Part shown: piece by piece, positions 9,685 through 19,326 of the stretch
Numbering within the stretch: position 1 is the stretch's first letter
Layout: every line of letters begins with the position of its first letter
Source: Clostridia bacterium DTU022
GTDB lineage: Bacteria; Bacillota; Dethiobacteria; DTU022
DNA: 64,000 bases
Direction: 5' to 3'
Assembly: GCA_001512835.1 (NCBI GenBank)
Contig: LFRQ01000063.1
Location: forward strand, 25,594 to 89,593
Notes under the pieces: generated by a model
Told to the model about the DNA's origin: nothing
Databases searched by the model: none
Seen by the model: the letters and a program-made list of their open reading frames with translations, nothing else
Translations under genes and position numbers: made by a program

Positions 9685-10473
9685 TTGGATGAGATCCTCA
9701 TTAAAACGGATAAACTGACCAAGCGGTTTGGCAGGGTAACGGCGGTAGACAGCCTCGACCTGGAGGTTAAGGCCGGGGAGATTTACGGTTTCCTGGGGCC
9801 CAACGGCTCCGGTAAAACCACTACCATCAGGATGTTGACGGGATTGCTGGAACCCAGCTCCGGCCGGGCTTTTATATGCGGATATGACATTGCCCGGGAG
9901 CCCGCCAAGGCCAAGGCCCTGGCGGCCTATGTGCCGGACCAGCCCAGGCTTTACGGCAAACTGACGGCGCGGGAGTTTCTTTTTCTGATGGCGGACCTTT
10001 ACCGCATGCCTGTAGAAAGCTCCCGGGAGCGGGCCGGCGAGCTGCTGGCCATGTTCGGCCTGGAAGAGCGGGCCGACGAACTGCTGGAAGGCTTTTCCCA
10101 CGGCATGCGCCAGAAGGTAGTCCTGGCGGCGGCGCTGATTCACCGTCCGCGGGTGCTGCTTATGGACGAGCCTACCGTGGGCCTGGATCCCCGCAGCGCC
10201 CGCTTTCTGAAAGATGTCCTGCAGGAACTGGCCCGCCGGGGGGCGGCGGTATTTCTCTCCACCCACATCCTGGAGATTGCCGAGCGGATGTGCCACCGGG
10301 TGGGCATCCTCAGGGGGGGGCGCCTCATCGCCGAAGGGAGTCCTGAAGAGCTGCGGCAGCAGGTCGGCCACGGCGGAGAGAGCCTGGAGGATATCTTCCT
10401 GGAACTGACCGGAGGGCAGGAGGACGCCGAACTGATCCGCAGCCTGGAGGAGGGGAACAACGGTGAAAAATGA
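9685..10473 (+). CDS. ABC transporter ATP-binding protein
   Basis: Walker A GPNGSGKTT, the signature LSHGMRQKV and Walker B LLMDEPT are present. A TTG start follows GGAAGGAG. Confidence 0.85.
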   Translation: MDEILIKTDKLTKRFGRVTAVDSLDLEVKAGEIYGFLGPNGSGKTTTIRMLTGLLEPSSGRAFICGYDIAREPAKAKALAAYVPDQPRLYGKLTAREFLFLMADLYRMPVESSRERAGELLAMFGLEERADELLEGFSHGMRQKVVLAAALIHRPRVLLMDEPTVGLDPRSARFLKDVLQELARRGAAVFLSTHILEIAERMCHRVGILRGGRLIAEGSPEELRQQVGHGGESLEDIFLELTGGQEDAELIRSLEEGNNGEK

Positions 10474-12328
10474 CCTTCTCTCCCCGCTGGTCCAAGCCCC
10501 GCCGCCCCGCCCGGCCTGGATGGATTTTAAGCTGCTGATGGCTACCCAGCTGCGGGTGACCTGGAATAAGCTCCGCCATTGGTCGGCGGCCGTCTGGCTT
10601 GTTGTGGCCTGCATGCTCTTTGGCTTTCTTTCCCTGATGGTCTACCTGGGCGTGGAGGCTTACGGAGCCCTGGGGGCCATGGATCCCGGCATCGCCCGCG
10701 GCTTCCTCTCGCTGCTCTTCCTGGCCGGGATGGCGGCCCAAATATTTTTCGGAATCGCCACTGCTTTCTCCGTCCTCTACATGTCCGAGGATCTGGAGCT
10801 GCTGTTTGTGGCACCGGTATCCACCCGGGCCGTATTTGCCTCCAAGTCCCTGGTGGTAGCTTTCAGCAACTTCCTGCCGGTGGTCTTTTTGATCCTTTTG
10901 CCGGCCCTGTTTTACGGCCTCCTTTTCAGCGCCGGTCCTCTATACTATCTCTGGATCATACCGGTAGTGGGCGGGCTTTGGGCGGTGGGCACCGCCCTGG
11001 CGGAGCTGCTGAACCTGCTGGTGATGCGCATCGTGCCGCCCCACCGCAGCCGGGAAGCGGTGGGTGTTATCGGCGCCGTGGGCGGGATTTTTATTGCCCT
11101 GCTCTTTCAGTTGCCCAACCTGATCATCTCCCGCAGCGAAAGCTTTGATATCAGCGCCTGGATGGCCGGCCAGGGAGAACTGGTGCGGGTCATGGACTGG
11201 TTTCCCTGGGGTTGGAGTTCCCTGGTCCTGGAGGGGGCCGCCACGAGCAGCCACCTCTCCGCCCTGGGCTGGAGCCTGCTGCTGCTCCTTTTGGGTGCGC
11301 TGCTGGTCGGCATCTCTTTTCCGCTGGTGGAGCGCGGTTTTCGCCGGGGCTGGATCTCCCTGAGCGAGGGGGGAGGCGGGCCCAGAAGGAAGACCGCCCG
11401 CATCCCGAGCTCCCAGCGCCGGGGCTTGCGGCGCCGGGAAGACGCCCTTTCAGTGGTGGTTGACGGCGGGACGGCGGAGGCTAGCGGATCCTCCTGGCGG
11501 GGGATGTGGTCCGTGGCCCGCAAAGACCTGCTTTACCTGCGCCGCGATACCCGGGCGTGGTTCGGTTACCTGGTTCCCCTGGTATTTATGCTTTTCTTTA
11601 TTGGGCAGTATCTCTATCTCTCCGTGGAATCGGCGCAAAGCTCGCTATTCTCCGTGCTGCTGATCTATACCATCATGTTTAGCGGCAACATGGCCCTGCA
11701 GTCCTTCGGCCGCGAAGGGGAGGCGGACTGGATTCTGAACAGCGTGCCCCTGTCGGGGTGGCCCGTGGTCTGGGGGAAGCTGCTGGCGGTAATCCTGCCC
11801 ACCGTGCTTTTAATGGAGGCGCTGCTGGCGGGGACGGCGGCCTTGCTCCGCCTCTCATCTTCCATGATTCTGGCCATGGCGGTGGGCGCGGTGTTCCTCT
11901 CCCTGGGTGCCAGCGCCATGGGCTTGAACTTCTCCATCAGGAGCTGCCGCTTTAACCCGGGAAACCCCATGGGCAGCGTTTCAACGGGTGCGACCATGCT
12001 AATGTACCTGCTCAACTTGATTTTTATACTGCTGTTAAGCCTGGGGGTAGCCTACATCTTTCCCCCGGCGGAGCTGATGGCAGTCCTGCCGAAGATACCC
12101 GAAGTCTCCTTTGCCTGGGGCTTCCCCGAAACATTTCTTTACCTGGGCTACCTGCTGACCCGCCCCCTGCTCTGGCCGAAGGCGGCCCGAATCCTGTGGG
12201 GGGTCTTCTTCACCGGCGCCGTCTGGTCGGCGGTCTTCTTCGGCTTCATGGCCTCCACGGTATCCCGAAGCCGGAAAGGATTCCAGGTGGAGATCATCAC
12301 CCCCAAAAAACTCGGGGTCAGGTCTTGA
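10463..12328 (+). CDS. large ABC-2-type polytopic permease (621 aa)
   Basis: Its start overlaps the ATPase stop by 11 nt. It has more than 12 predicted TM helices. Its last four codons and stop (ggg gtc agg tct tga) lie inside a REP-like repeat. Confidence 0.7.
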   Translation: MKNDLLSPLVQAPPPRPAWMDFKLLMATQLRVTWNKLRHWSAAVWLVVACMLFGFLSLMVYLGVEAYGALGAMDPGIARGFLSLLFLAGMAAQIFFGIATAFSVLYMSEDLELLFVAPVSTRAVFASKSLVVAFSNFLPVVFLILLPALFYGLLFSAGPLYYLWIIPVVGGLWAVGTALAELLNLLVMRIVPPHRSREAVGVIGAVGGIFIALLFQLPNLIISRSESFDISAWMAGQGELVRVMDWFPWGWSSLVLEGAATSSHLSALGWSLLLLLLGALLVGISFPLVERGFRRGWISLSEGGGGPRRKTARIPSSQRRGLRRREDALSVVVDGGTAEASGSSWRGMWSVARKDLLYLRRDTRAWFGYLVPLVFMLFFIGQYLYLSVESAQSSLFSVLLIYTIMFSGNMALQSFGREGEADWILNSVPLSGWPVVWGKLLAVILPTVLLMEALLAGTAALLRLSSSMILAMAVGAVFLSLGASAMGLNFSIRSCRFNPGNPMGSVSTGATMLMYLLNLIFILLLSLGVAYIFPPAELMAVLPKIPEVSFAWGFPETFLYLGYLLTRPLLWPKAARILWGVFFTGAVWSAVFFGFMASTVSRSRKGFQVEIITPKKLGVRS

Positions 12329-13443
12329 ATTGTGAATTTTTAGGAAAAATATGTTATATGTTATGGAGTCAGGCCTTGAAATGTGGATTTTGGAAATTTA
12401 TAGTGCCCAATTCTTGGGCATGGGGGCCGATCTTGAAATGTGAATTTTTGCTGTGCTGGGAAAAACAGTAATTTCGATCTTGAAATATGGCTTTTTTGTA
12501 TGCTATGTTATATATGCCATGGCCAGACCGTTGCGTATCGAATACCCCGGGGCGGTCTATCACATAACAACCCGGGGAAATGCCCAGAATAACATATTCC
12601 GGGATGACCAGGATCGCGAAAACTTCCTCGATATCCTCAATGAAACTGTAAAAAGGCACAACTGGCTTTGTCATGCCTATTGCTTGATGAACAACCACTA
12701 TCATCTGCTCATTGAGACCCCCGAAGCCAACCTTTCCCTGGGCATGAGGCAAATCAACGGTGTCTATACCCAGCGTTACAATAAAAGACATAAGCAGGTA
12801 GGACATGTTTTCCAGGGCAGATACAAGGCGATTTTGGTGGATAAAGAAAACTATCTCCTTGAGTTGTGCCGATATGTAGTGCTCAACCCGGTCAGAGCGG
12901 GGCTCGTGGAATTGCCTGAGCACTGGCAATGGGGAAGCTACCTGCCAACAGCCGGATTCACCGAGGTTCCCGAGTTTCTGACGGTGGACTGGATTCTGGG
13001 CATGTTTGGAACCAACAGGCAGGATGCTCAAAGGCATTATCGAGAATTTGTCAGGGTTGGCCTAAGTAAAAAATCGCCTTGGGACAACCTTGACGGACAA
13101 GTTTTGCTAGGCAGCAAGAATTTTGTGGAACAGTTGAAGGATTTGCTTCAAGAAAAAGAGGGCATAAAAGAGATACCGCGGCATCAACGCTTCGCTAGTC
13201 GGCCCACTCTTGAAGAGATCTTTGCCGCCTGCTTAACCAAATACATTAGAAATGAAAGGATTTACGAGGCCCACGTTAAACATGGCTACTCGTTGATGGA
13301 GATTTCGGATTTTCTGGGCATTCACTACTCCACAATCAGCAAGATAGTCCGAAAAATGGTCCCCAAAAGCTAGCAATTCAAGACCTGACCCCATGCCTAA
13401 AATGACGCCCATAATAAAATTCACAATTCAAGACCTGACCCCC
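12314..13443. mobile_element. REP-RAYT unit: a Y1 (IS200-like) transposase gene flanked by inverted REP-like repeats
   Basis: Four reverse-orientation copies of GGGGTCAGGTCTTGAATTGTGAATTTTT lie upstream at 12314-12497. Two forward copies (AATTCACAATTCAAGACCTGACCCC) lie downstream at 13373-13443. Confidence 0.7.
12519..13373 (+). CDS. REP-associated tyrosine transposase (IS200/IS605 TnpA-like Y1 HUH enzyme) with a C-terminal HTH extension
   Basis: The HUH motif HYHLLIE and the catalytic Tyr region (RYVVLNPVRAGLV) are present. The C-terminal extension (EISDFLGIHYSTISKIV) is DnaA-domain-IV-like. ATG 12519 is the likely start, with an alternative GTG at 12453 inside a REP copy. Confidence 0.8.
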   Translation: MARPLRIEYPGAVYHITTRGNAQNNIFRDDQDRENFLDILNETVKRHNWLCHAYCLMNNHYHLLIETPEANLSLGMRQINGVYTQRYNKRHKQVGHVFQGRYKAILVDKENYLLELCRYVVLNPVRAGLVELPEHWQWGSYLPTAGFTEVPEFLTVDWILGMFGTNRQDAQRHYREFVRVGLSKKSPWDNLDGQVLLGSKNFVEQLKDLLQEKEGIKEIPRHQRFASRPTLEEIFAACLTKYIRNERIYEAHVKHGYSLMEISDFLGIHYSTISKIVRKMVPKS

Positions 13444-13791
13444 TTAAATTAAAAAAATATTTTAAATATTCTTATTTTAAAGCAGGAAAAAGAGTCGTTT
13501 TGCCGAATATTTTTTGAGCAGCCAGACCCTAACACCCCAGCATAAGTTCGAGCAGCAAACCTACTTTAAGTATTTTGTCCCCTTACCTCTTAAAACGCCT
13601 TAAATATTAATCTCAATCAAATTATTTGGGTCAAGCATTGAGTTTCGATAACGGTGCTGCTGGACCGGCTATTGTTCTGTACCGGCCCATTGGCGGCATA
13701 GAGTAACTTCAGGGGGTGATCCATGGTCGGCATTGCGAAAGAAAGATGACCGATACAATACCCACTTTATTATATGGAAAGGAGTTTGGAA

Positions 13792-14562
13792 ATGGTCGAT
13801 TGGCCAAAACCGGAAGATGATATTATCGCTATTCCGCTTCATGATCCCATTGTCAGCCGGGAGCAGCACATACAGCAGTACCGGGGGATGGAGGGGATTA
13901 TTTACAAAGAGGCCCGCCTTTTGATTCACCTGTTTACCATTTCGGAAGAGACGGTCAAGGAGCTGCTCCCGGCAGAGCTCTCCCCGGGCGCGCTGGGGAT
14001 GGCGATAGCCCTGGTGGCCGAGTACCCGAACACCTCCATCGGCAGTTACAAGGAGGCGGCCCTGTTCGTGGAATGCCAGTACGAAGACCTGGTGGGTATG
14101 CATACCGCCTACATGTATATCGATCAGATGTACGGCGACCATACCTTGGGCGCCGACCGGGCCCTAATCGCCGGGCGCGAGGTCCTGGGGTTTCCCAAAA
14201 CCCTGGCGGAGATCAACCTTTCCGTGGAAGGAGACCGCTGCCTGGGAACGGTCCGCCGCCGGGGCATGGAGATTATGCGCATCGAGGCCGAGATCAGCGA
14301 TCCGGCCGAGTGGCCCGACCTGGGGACGATGATCAACGTCAGGGCTCTTCCTTCTCCGGATACCAAGGGTTACAGCTACCGGGACATTTGCACCACCAAC
14401 CTGGAATACAAACCCATCTATTCCCTGGCCGGCAGCGGCAAAGTGTTCTTCCCGCCGTCTCACGATCGGATCCGGCGGGTTCAACCCGTGGACCATATTG
14501 CCACCTACTTTACAATAACCGATTTTGTGATCCCCCCGGGCAAAACCTTAAAAGTGCTTTAA
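13792..14562 (+). CDS. acetoacetate decarboxylase (ADC) family protein
   Basis: 256 aa. ATG 13792 follows GGAAAGGAG. The length and sequence pattern fit the ADC/MppR-like fold. Assigned by family-level recognition only. Confidence 0.65.
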   Translation: MVDWPKPEDDIIAIPLHDPIVSREQHIQQYRGMEGIIYKEARLLIHLFTISEETVKELLPAELSPGALGMAIALVAEYPNTSIGSYKEAALFVECQYEDLVGMHTAYMYIDQMYGDHTLGADRALIAGREVLGFPKTLAEINLSVEGDRCLGTVRRRGMEIMRIEAEISDPAEWPDLGTMINVRALPSPDTKGYSYRDICTTNLEYKPIYSLAGSGKVFFPPSHDRIRRVQPVDHIATYFTITDFVIPPGKTLKVL

Positions 14563-14618
14563 TCTTTCGGAAGACCGGTTAACTATGGGTAACCATAAGG
14601 AGCAAGGAGGCTGGTGAA

Positions 14619-15893
14619 ATGTACTATGAAATTGACTCTTCCATTCGGGAAAACGAAGCGCTGGTTATGCTCCGCAACGAGCTGCACCGCTTTGCCCGGG
14701 AGGTGATCCGGCCCGCGGCCCGGCAGCTGGATCAGATGCCGTACCGGGAGACGAACCAGGAAGGCTCCCCCTATTTTGAAGTAATGCGCAAGATGAAGCA
14801 GAACGGCTACCACCGGCTGCTGGTACCCGAAGAATTCGGGGGAAGCTACTCCGGTCCCGAAGCCTTTAATATCTTCTTCGAGGAGATTGCCTGGGGCAGC
14901 GTCGGTTTCGCCACCGCCATTGGGGTGGATATGATCCCTACGGCGATCATGAGCTTGATCGGCTCGCCGGAGCTAATTGATGAGGTGCTGCGGCCCTGGA
15001 TGGAGGACGAAGAAGACAAATACCGCGGCTGCTGGTCGGTAATGGACCCGGAACGTGGTTCCGACTATATCATGGCCATGTCCATGCCCGATCCCGAAAA
15101 GCTGGGGACAAAAGGCTTTTGCCGGGCCGAGCCGGAGGGGGACGGTTGGATAATCAATGGAGCCAAGTCCTATTGGACTTCCTCGGCTCCCTGCGCCACC
15201 TGGATCCTTACCCACCCGTTGATCCCGCCCCACGAAAGCCCCACCCATGTGGGCGCGGCGATTATCCCAGTAGATGCTCCCGGAGTAACCATCTCTCCGC
15301 CGATAGATAAACTGGGCACCCGGGATGATCCCCAGGGGGAAATTGTATTTGACAACGTGCGCATTCCCGGACATTACATGATTACTGCCAATGCCGCCCT
15401 GGCCAGGGATTTGATGAAGATGGTGATCAGCTGCACCAGCTGCGCCGTCGCCAGCATGTTTGTGGGAGTGGCCCGGGCTGCCTTCGAGGAGGCGCTGCGC
15501 TACACCAGGGAGCGGGTCCAGGGAGGGAAAGCGATTATCGATCACCAGCTTACCCGCTACCGCCTTTACAAGATGTTCGAGAAGATAGAGACTTCCCGCT
15601 ACTACACCCGGGTGGTGACCAGGCATGTCCTGGAGGAGATTTTTGAGAAGAGGGAATTCCTGCAGTCCACACCCCATGCTTTAACGGCTCAAGCCTACGC
15701 CAAAGCCAGTGCTTATGAAGTGGCCACTGACGCCCTGCAGCTCTTTGGTGCTGCCGGGATTACCAAGGATTACATCATTGAAAAGATCTTCCGGGACGCC
15801 CGCTGCGGTTTGATCGAGGACGGGACTGTGGAGGTGCTGGGGCTGGAAGCCATTGAGGACCTGCTCCAGGAGGAGTTTTATACCCTGGATTAA
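14619..15893 (+). CDS. acyl-CoA dehydrogenase family protein
   Basis: The ACAD N-terminal pattern is present (LLVPEEFGGSYSGPEAF…GSDY), and the C-terminus has an IEDGT motif resembling the catalytic YEGT. Confidence 0.8.
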   Translation: MYYEIDSSIRENEALVMLRNELHRFAREVIRPAARQLDQMPYRETNQEGSPYFEVMRKMKQNGYHRLLVPEEFGGSYSGPEAFNIFFEEIAWGSVGFATAIGVDMIPTAIMSLIGSPELIDEVLRPWMEDEEDKYRGCWSVMDPERGSDYIMAMSMPDPEKLGTKGFCRAEPEGDGWIINGAKSYWTSSAPCATWILTHPLIPPHESPTHVGAAIIPVDAPGVTISPPIDKLGTRDDPQGEIVFDNVRIPGHYMITANAALARDLMKMVISCTSCAVASMFVGVARAAFEEALRYTRERVQGGKAIIDHQLTRYRLYKMFEKIETSRYYTRVVTRHVLEEIFEKREFLQSTPHALTAQAYAKASAYEVATDALQLFGAAGITKDYIIEKIFRDARCGLIEDGTVEVLGLEAIEDLLQEEFYTLD

Positions 15894-15945
15894 ACGGGAG
15901 CCGATTAATAATCGATTAATAAATAAGAAAGCGGAGGTGCAGGCA

Positions 15946-16563
15946 ATGAGTGAAGCGGTAGTGTTGGGTTCAAGAGAGTGGTTTGAAACGGTCAAAAAGC
16001 GTTTGCAGGAAAGCGAACCTTTAAAGAAGGCTGCTGCCGACTGGGAAGGAGCCATGCGCTGCATCATTGAAGCTGATGATGACCAGGCTTTCCAGGACTA
16101 CACCACCGAAGACGGGGTCAAGGCCATCCTGGGGATGCTCAGCCTTTTGAGTCCCGAGGAACGCTTGAAATATAAGGATACCGGTCTGGGCCAGCTGGCC
16201 GAGAAGCTGGGCCTTTCCCTGGATATGGACCCGGAGGCCATTGACGCAACCTCGCTCAAGGATAAAGTAAAGCAGCTTACCCGGGAGGACTTCCAAGGAG
16301 TGACTATTTATGCCAGCTTCCAGCCGTACCGAGGGACCATCCGGGAGATGGACCCCATCGCTCCCGATTCCTACCTGGACGCGCCCTTTACTCTCTCGGG
16401 TAAGTATACTTTCTGGAAAATCCTTTGCACCGGCCAGCAGACCTCCGTTCAGCTGATCATGGGCGGGAAGATGAAGCTGGAGGGGGATCTCAAGTACATC
16501 ATGAAGCGCATGGCGGCGGTTAACGCCCTGATGGAGGTCTTCAAGTCCATCCCGGTGAAGTAA
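15946..16563 (+). CDS. SCP2 (sterol-carrier-like) domain protein
   Basis: The C-terminal SCP2 signature is present (IMGGKMKLEGDLKYIMKRM). ATG 15946 follows GGAGGTG. Confidence 0.65.
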   Translation: MSEAVVLGSREWFETVKKRLQESEPLKKAAADWEGAMRCIIEADDDQAFQDYTTEDGVKAILGMLSLLSPEERLKYKDTGLGQLAEKLGLSLDMDPEAIDATSLKDKVKQLTREDFQGVTIYASFQPYRGTIREMDPIAPDSYLDAPFTLSGKYTFWKILCTGQQTSVQLIMGGKMKLEGDLKYIMKRMAAVNALMEVFKSIPVK

Positions 16564-16799
16564 GGGGAGCAGAAAATAGTCGGGAAAAGGAAGCGCGCCA
16601 GAGGGGAAAAAAGCTGCAGCTTTAGTCTCGGTGAAGTATGTAAAGTGCTCCCTGCGCTTCAAAAAAACTTGGGATCCAACTTGGTGCCTCGGCGGCCCTG
16701 GTGGAGCACAGGGTGAAGAAAAGAAACTTGTCTGAGGGAAAAACCGGCTGCGGCTGCAATCCTGGTCCTGGCAAAGTAAGGGGGGAAGCAAAGGGGCAA

Positions 16800-16840
16800 G
16801 CGGCCACCTTCCGGAAGACGGGGAAGGTGGCCGCTTTATT
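16800..16840 (+). terminator. rho-independent terminator
   Basis: The 13-bp stem GCGGCCACCTTCC / GGAAGGTGGCCGC is followed by TTTATT. Confidence 0.55.
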
Positions 16841-16890
16841 GATAAAAACTCTCCGCCGAGGCCGGGACAGCCCGGCGCCGAGCTGGACAA

Positions 16891-17068
16891 GAAGCACGAA
16901 GAAGACAGCTTTTTTTTGAAAACATCTGCTGTAAAACGCCTGCTCTTTCCGCACTGCCGCCCGGTAAACCTGCAAGAAGAAGAGCTTTTTCTTAAAACAT
17001 CCGTTCATTATTTCCACCCGGAAAGCCCGCCAGTAGAAGGCAGCTTATTTTTAAATTTAAAACCCGTC
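16891..17068. repeat. three imperfect direct copies of a ~35-nt unit, AGAAGRCAGCTTTTTTTTRAAAACATC
   Basis: The copies are at about 16891-16931, 16971-17006 and 17031-17068. They lie in a 580-bp gene-free region upstream of the NERD-helicase gene. Confidence 0.5.
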
Positions 17069-17201
17069 TAACCCCCGTAATTTAATCTTTATCCCCGCAG
17101 TGCCATCGGCTAAAGGAAATTAGCAACTTTTATAGAAGATTATGTCATCAATTTTTGTTTGCATATTTATGGCCAAAACCAATACCCGAGGTGTTCCAGT
17201 C

Positions 17202-19026
17202 ATGGCCAGGATATTTCCCGAAACGCCGCCTGAGGATGGGGTTTCTGCCGAAATTAAGGTCTACAGAGCCCTGGAGAAGCTGACCGATGATTATATTGTC
17301 TTCTACAACCTGGAATGGCTCTGCCGGGGAGAGGCCGCCGCTCTGGAACTGCCCGATTTTATTGAGGGGCCGCCCCCCGTCAAGTACCCCCTGGGGGAAA
17401 TTGATTTTGTTGTGCTGGATCCTCAGTTTGGCTGCTTTGTCATCGAAGTCAAGGGCGGCCTAATTAAGCTGGAAGACGGCACCTGGTTCAGCGTCGACCG
17501 TCAAGGTGAATGGCACCGAATCGACAACCCCATCCTGCAAGCCAGGAAAAACATGTACGCCTTAATCGGCAAACTAAGAGAGATGCCCCGCTTCCGCAAC
17601 CGCTATCTTTATGCCGGCTACGGCGCCATCTTGCCCGATGTGGCCTCCCCCCACCGGGATTTTGGCCTCGGGGCGCCCATTGAACTTTTTGGCTTCGCCG
17701 GCGACCTGGACGATCCCCGGCTCTATTTATCCCGGCTGCGAAGCCAGTGGCTGCACCTCTGGCAGTCAAGGAGCTCGGACCCCGGCAAGAGATATGCCGC
17801 CACCGGGCTTTCCTCCGAGGATTGCGGCTATATCATCCGGGCTCTCGCTCCTTCCATGGAGCTGAGAAGACCGACCTCCGCTGGGGATAAACATCCGGGA
17901 AAGCCAGGAGCACATTGTCAAGCTGACCCGGGAGCAGTTCAAGCTGCTGCAGTACCTTTCCCAGACCAGGAAGGCACTGATCAGCGGCGGTGCAGGCACC
18001 GGCAAGACCATGCTGGCCTTTCAAAAGGCGCTCCTTCTGGCCCGCCAGGGCTTCGACACCTTGTTTACCTGCCCCAACAAGCTTTTGGCTGACTCCCTGG
18101 CTTTCCAGGCGGAAGGGGTGGAGAACCTCACCGTCCTGAACTTTCACCAGCTGTGCTACCGCTGGGGACGGCAGGCCGGCATACCGGACCTGGTGGACCC
18201 CGACGGCCCCGGTCGGGAGCGGATGCTCCAGGAATATTTCGACAAAACCTTGCCCGAAGCGCTGCTCCAGGCTCTGGACCTTATCCCCGCCCGGTTCGAT
18301 GCCATTATCGTGGACGAGGGCCAGGATATGAATGCGGAATGGTGGGATATTCTGAAACTCAGCATGAAGGATTACGATGCCGGCATCTTTTACATCTTCT
18401 ACGACCAGCATCAAACCATCTGGTACAAGGATAACCGGCTGCCCCTGGAGGTGGAGCCCGTTACCCTTGTGGAAAACTTGCGCAACAGCAAGGCCATTTA
18501 CCGCCTGCTGAGCAAATACTACAAAGGCAAAGGCGACTGCTACCAGGGATGCGGCCCCGAAGGCGGCGGCATCGAATACCTGGCCGTGGACGCCGCCGAT
18601 CCCGGCGCCTTGATAAGAGTGCTGAGCAGCCTGCTCCACCGCCTTATCGAGAAGGAAAAAGTCAAGCCGTGCCACATCGCCATTTTGACCGGCACCAGCA
18701 AGGGGAACAGCGCTCTGGCCGGCGCGGCCAAGATCGGCAGATATCCCCTGGTGGACCGCTGTCTCGACGGGGAGGAGCAAATTTTCTTCTCCAGCATCCG
18801 CCGCTTCCGGGGCATGGAAAGGCCCGTTGTCATCCTAATCGAGCTGGAAGAGCTGTTCTCCCCGGACAGGATGCGGGAAACCCTGGGGAAGAGGCTGCAG
18901 TGCAGGCCCGAAGACCTGCCCGGCATCGCCCGGGAAACTCTCTACATCGGCCTCAGCCGCGCCCAAACCCACCTCTACATCATTGGCACCCCCCAAACCA
19001 TCAAAGCCATCCAGGATCAGGCCTAA
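17202..19026 (+). pseudogene. NERD nuclease-related domain fused to a UvrD/Rep-like SF1 helicase, interrupted by one frameshift near 17865-17885
   Basis: In frame 0 the N-terminal NERD domain (EIDFVVLDPQFGCFVIEVKGG) dissolves into Arg/Pro-rich nonsense after ~17870. Frame +1 opens at 17866 and contains the Walker A GGAGTGKT, DEGQD and the helicase C-terminal motifs through 19026. Confidence 0.6.
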
Positions 19027-19274
19027 AATTATATCGCGGGAACGGCTTTCTTAATATATAGCGGGCATATCATAAGGGCATATGGGAGGTAGTATATATC
19101 GGAGGAACGATTAATTTATTGTGGTAATTATTCTTATACCCGAGGGATGGTTTTCATTCGTGGTTCTATGATAAGGGAGCGAGCGGGGGGATTTAAAAGT
19201 GCCCAATATTATACCAAGGGGATGCCAATAGCCGGAAATATTTGGCTCAAGCAGTCCAATTAATCTAATTATTT

Positions 19275-19303
19275 AAGGGGCTGCCCTAAAAGGGCAGCCC
19301 CTT
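19275..19303. terminator. 13-bp perfect hairpin (AAGGGGCTGCCCT aaa AGGGCAGCCCCTT), possibly a bidirectional terminator
   Basis: It lies directly 3' of the minus-strand heptad-repeat gene and lacks a clean U-tract. Confidence 0.45.
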
Positions 19304-19326
19304 TGAACTGTGTAGATAATGCGAGT

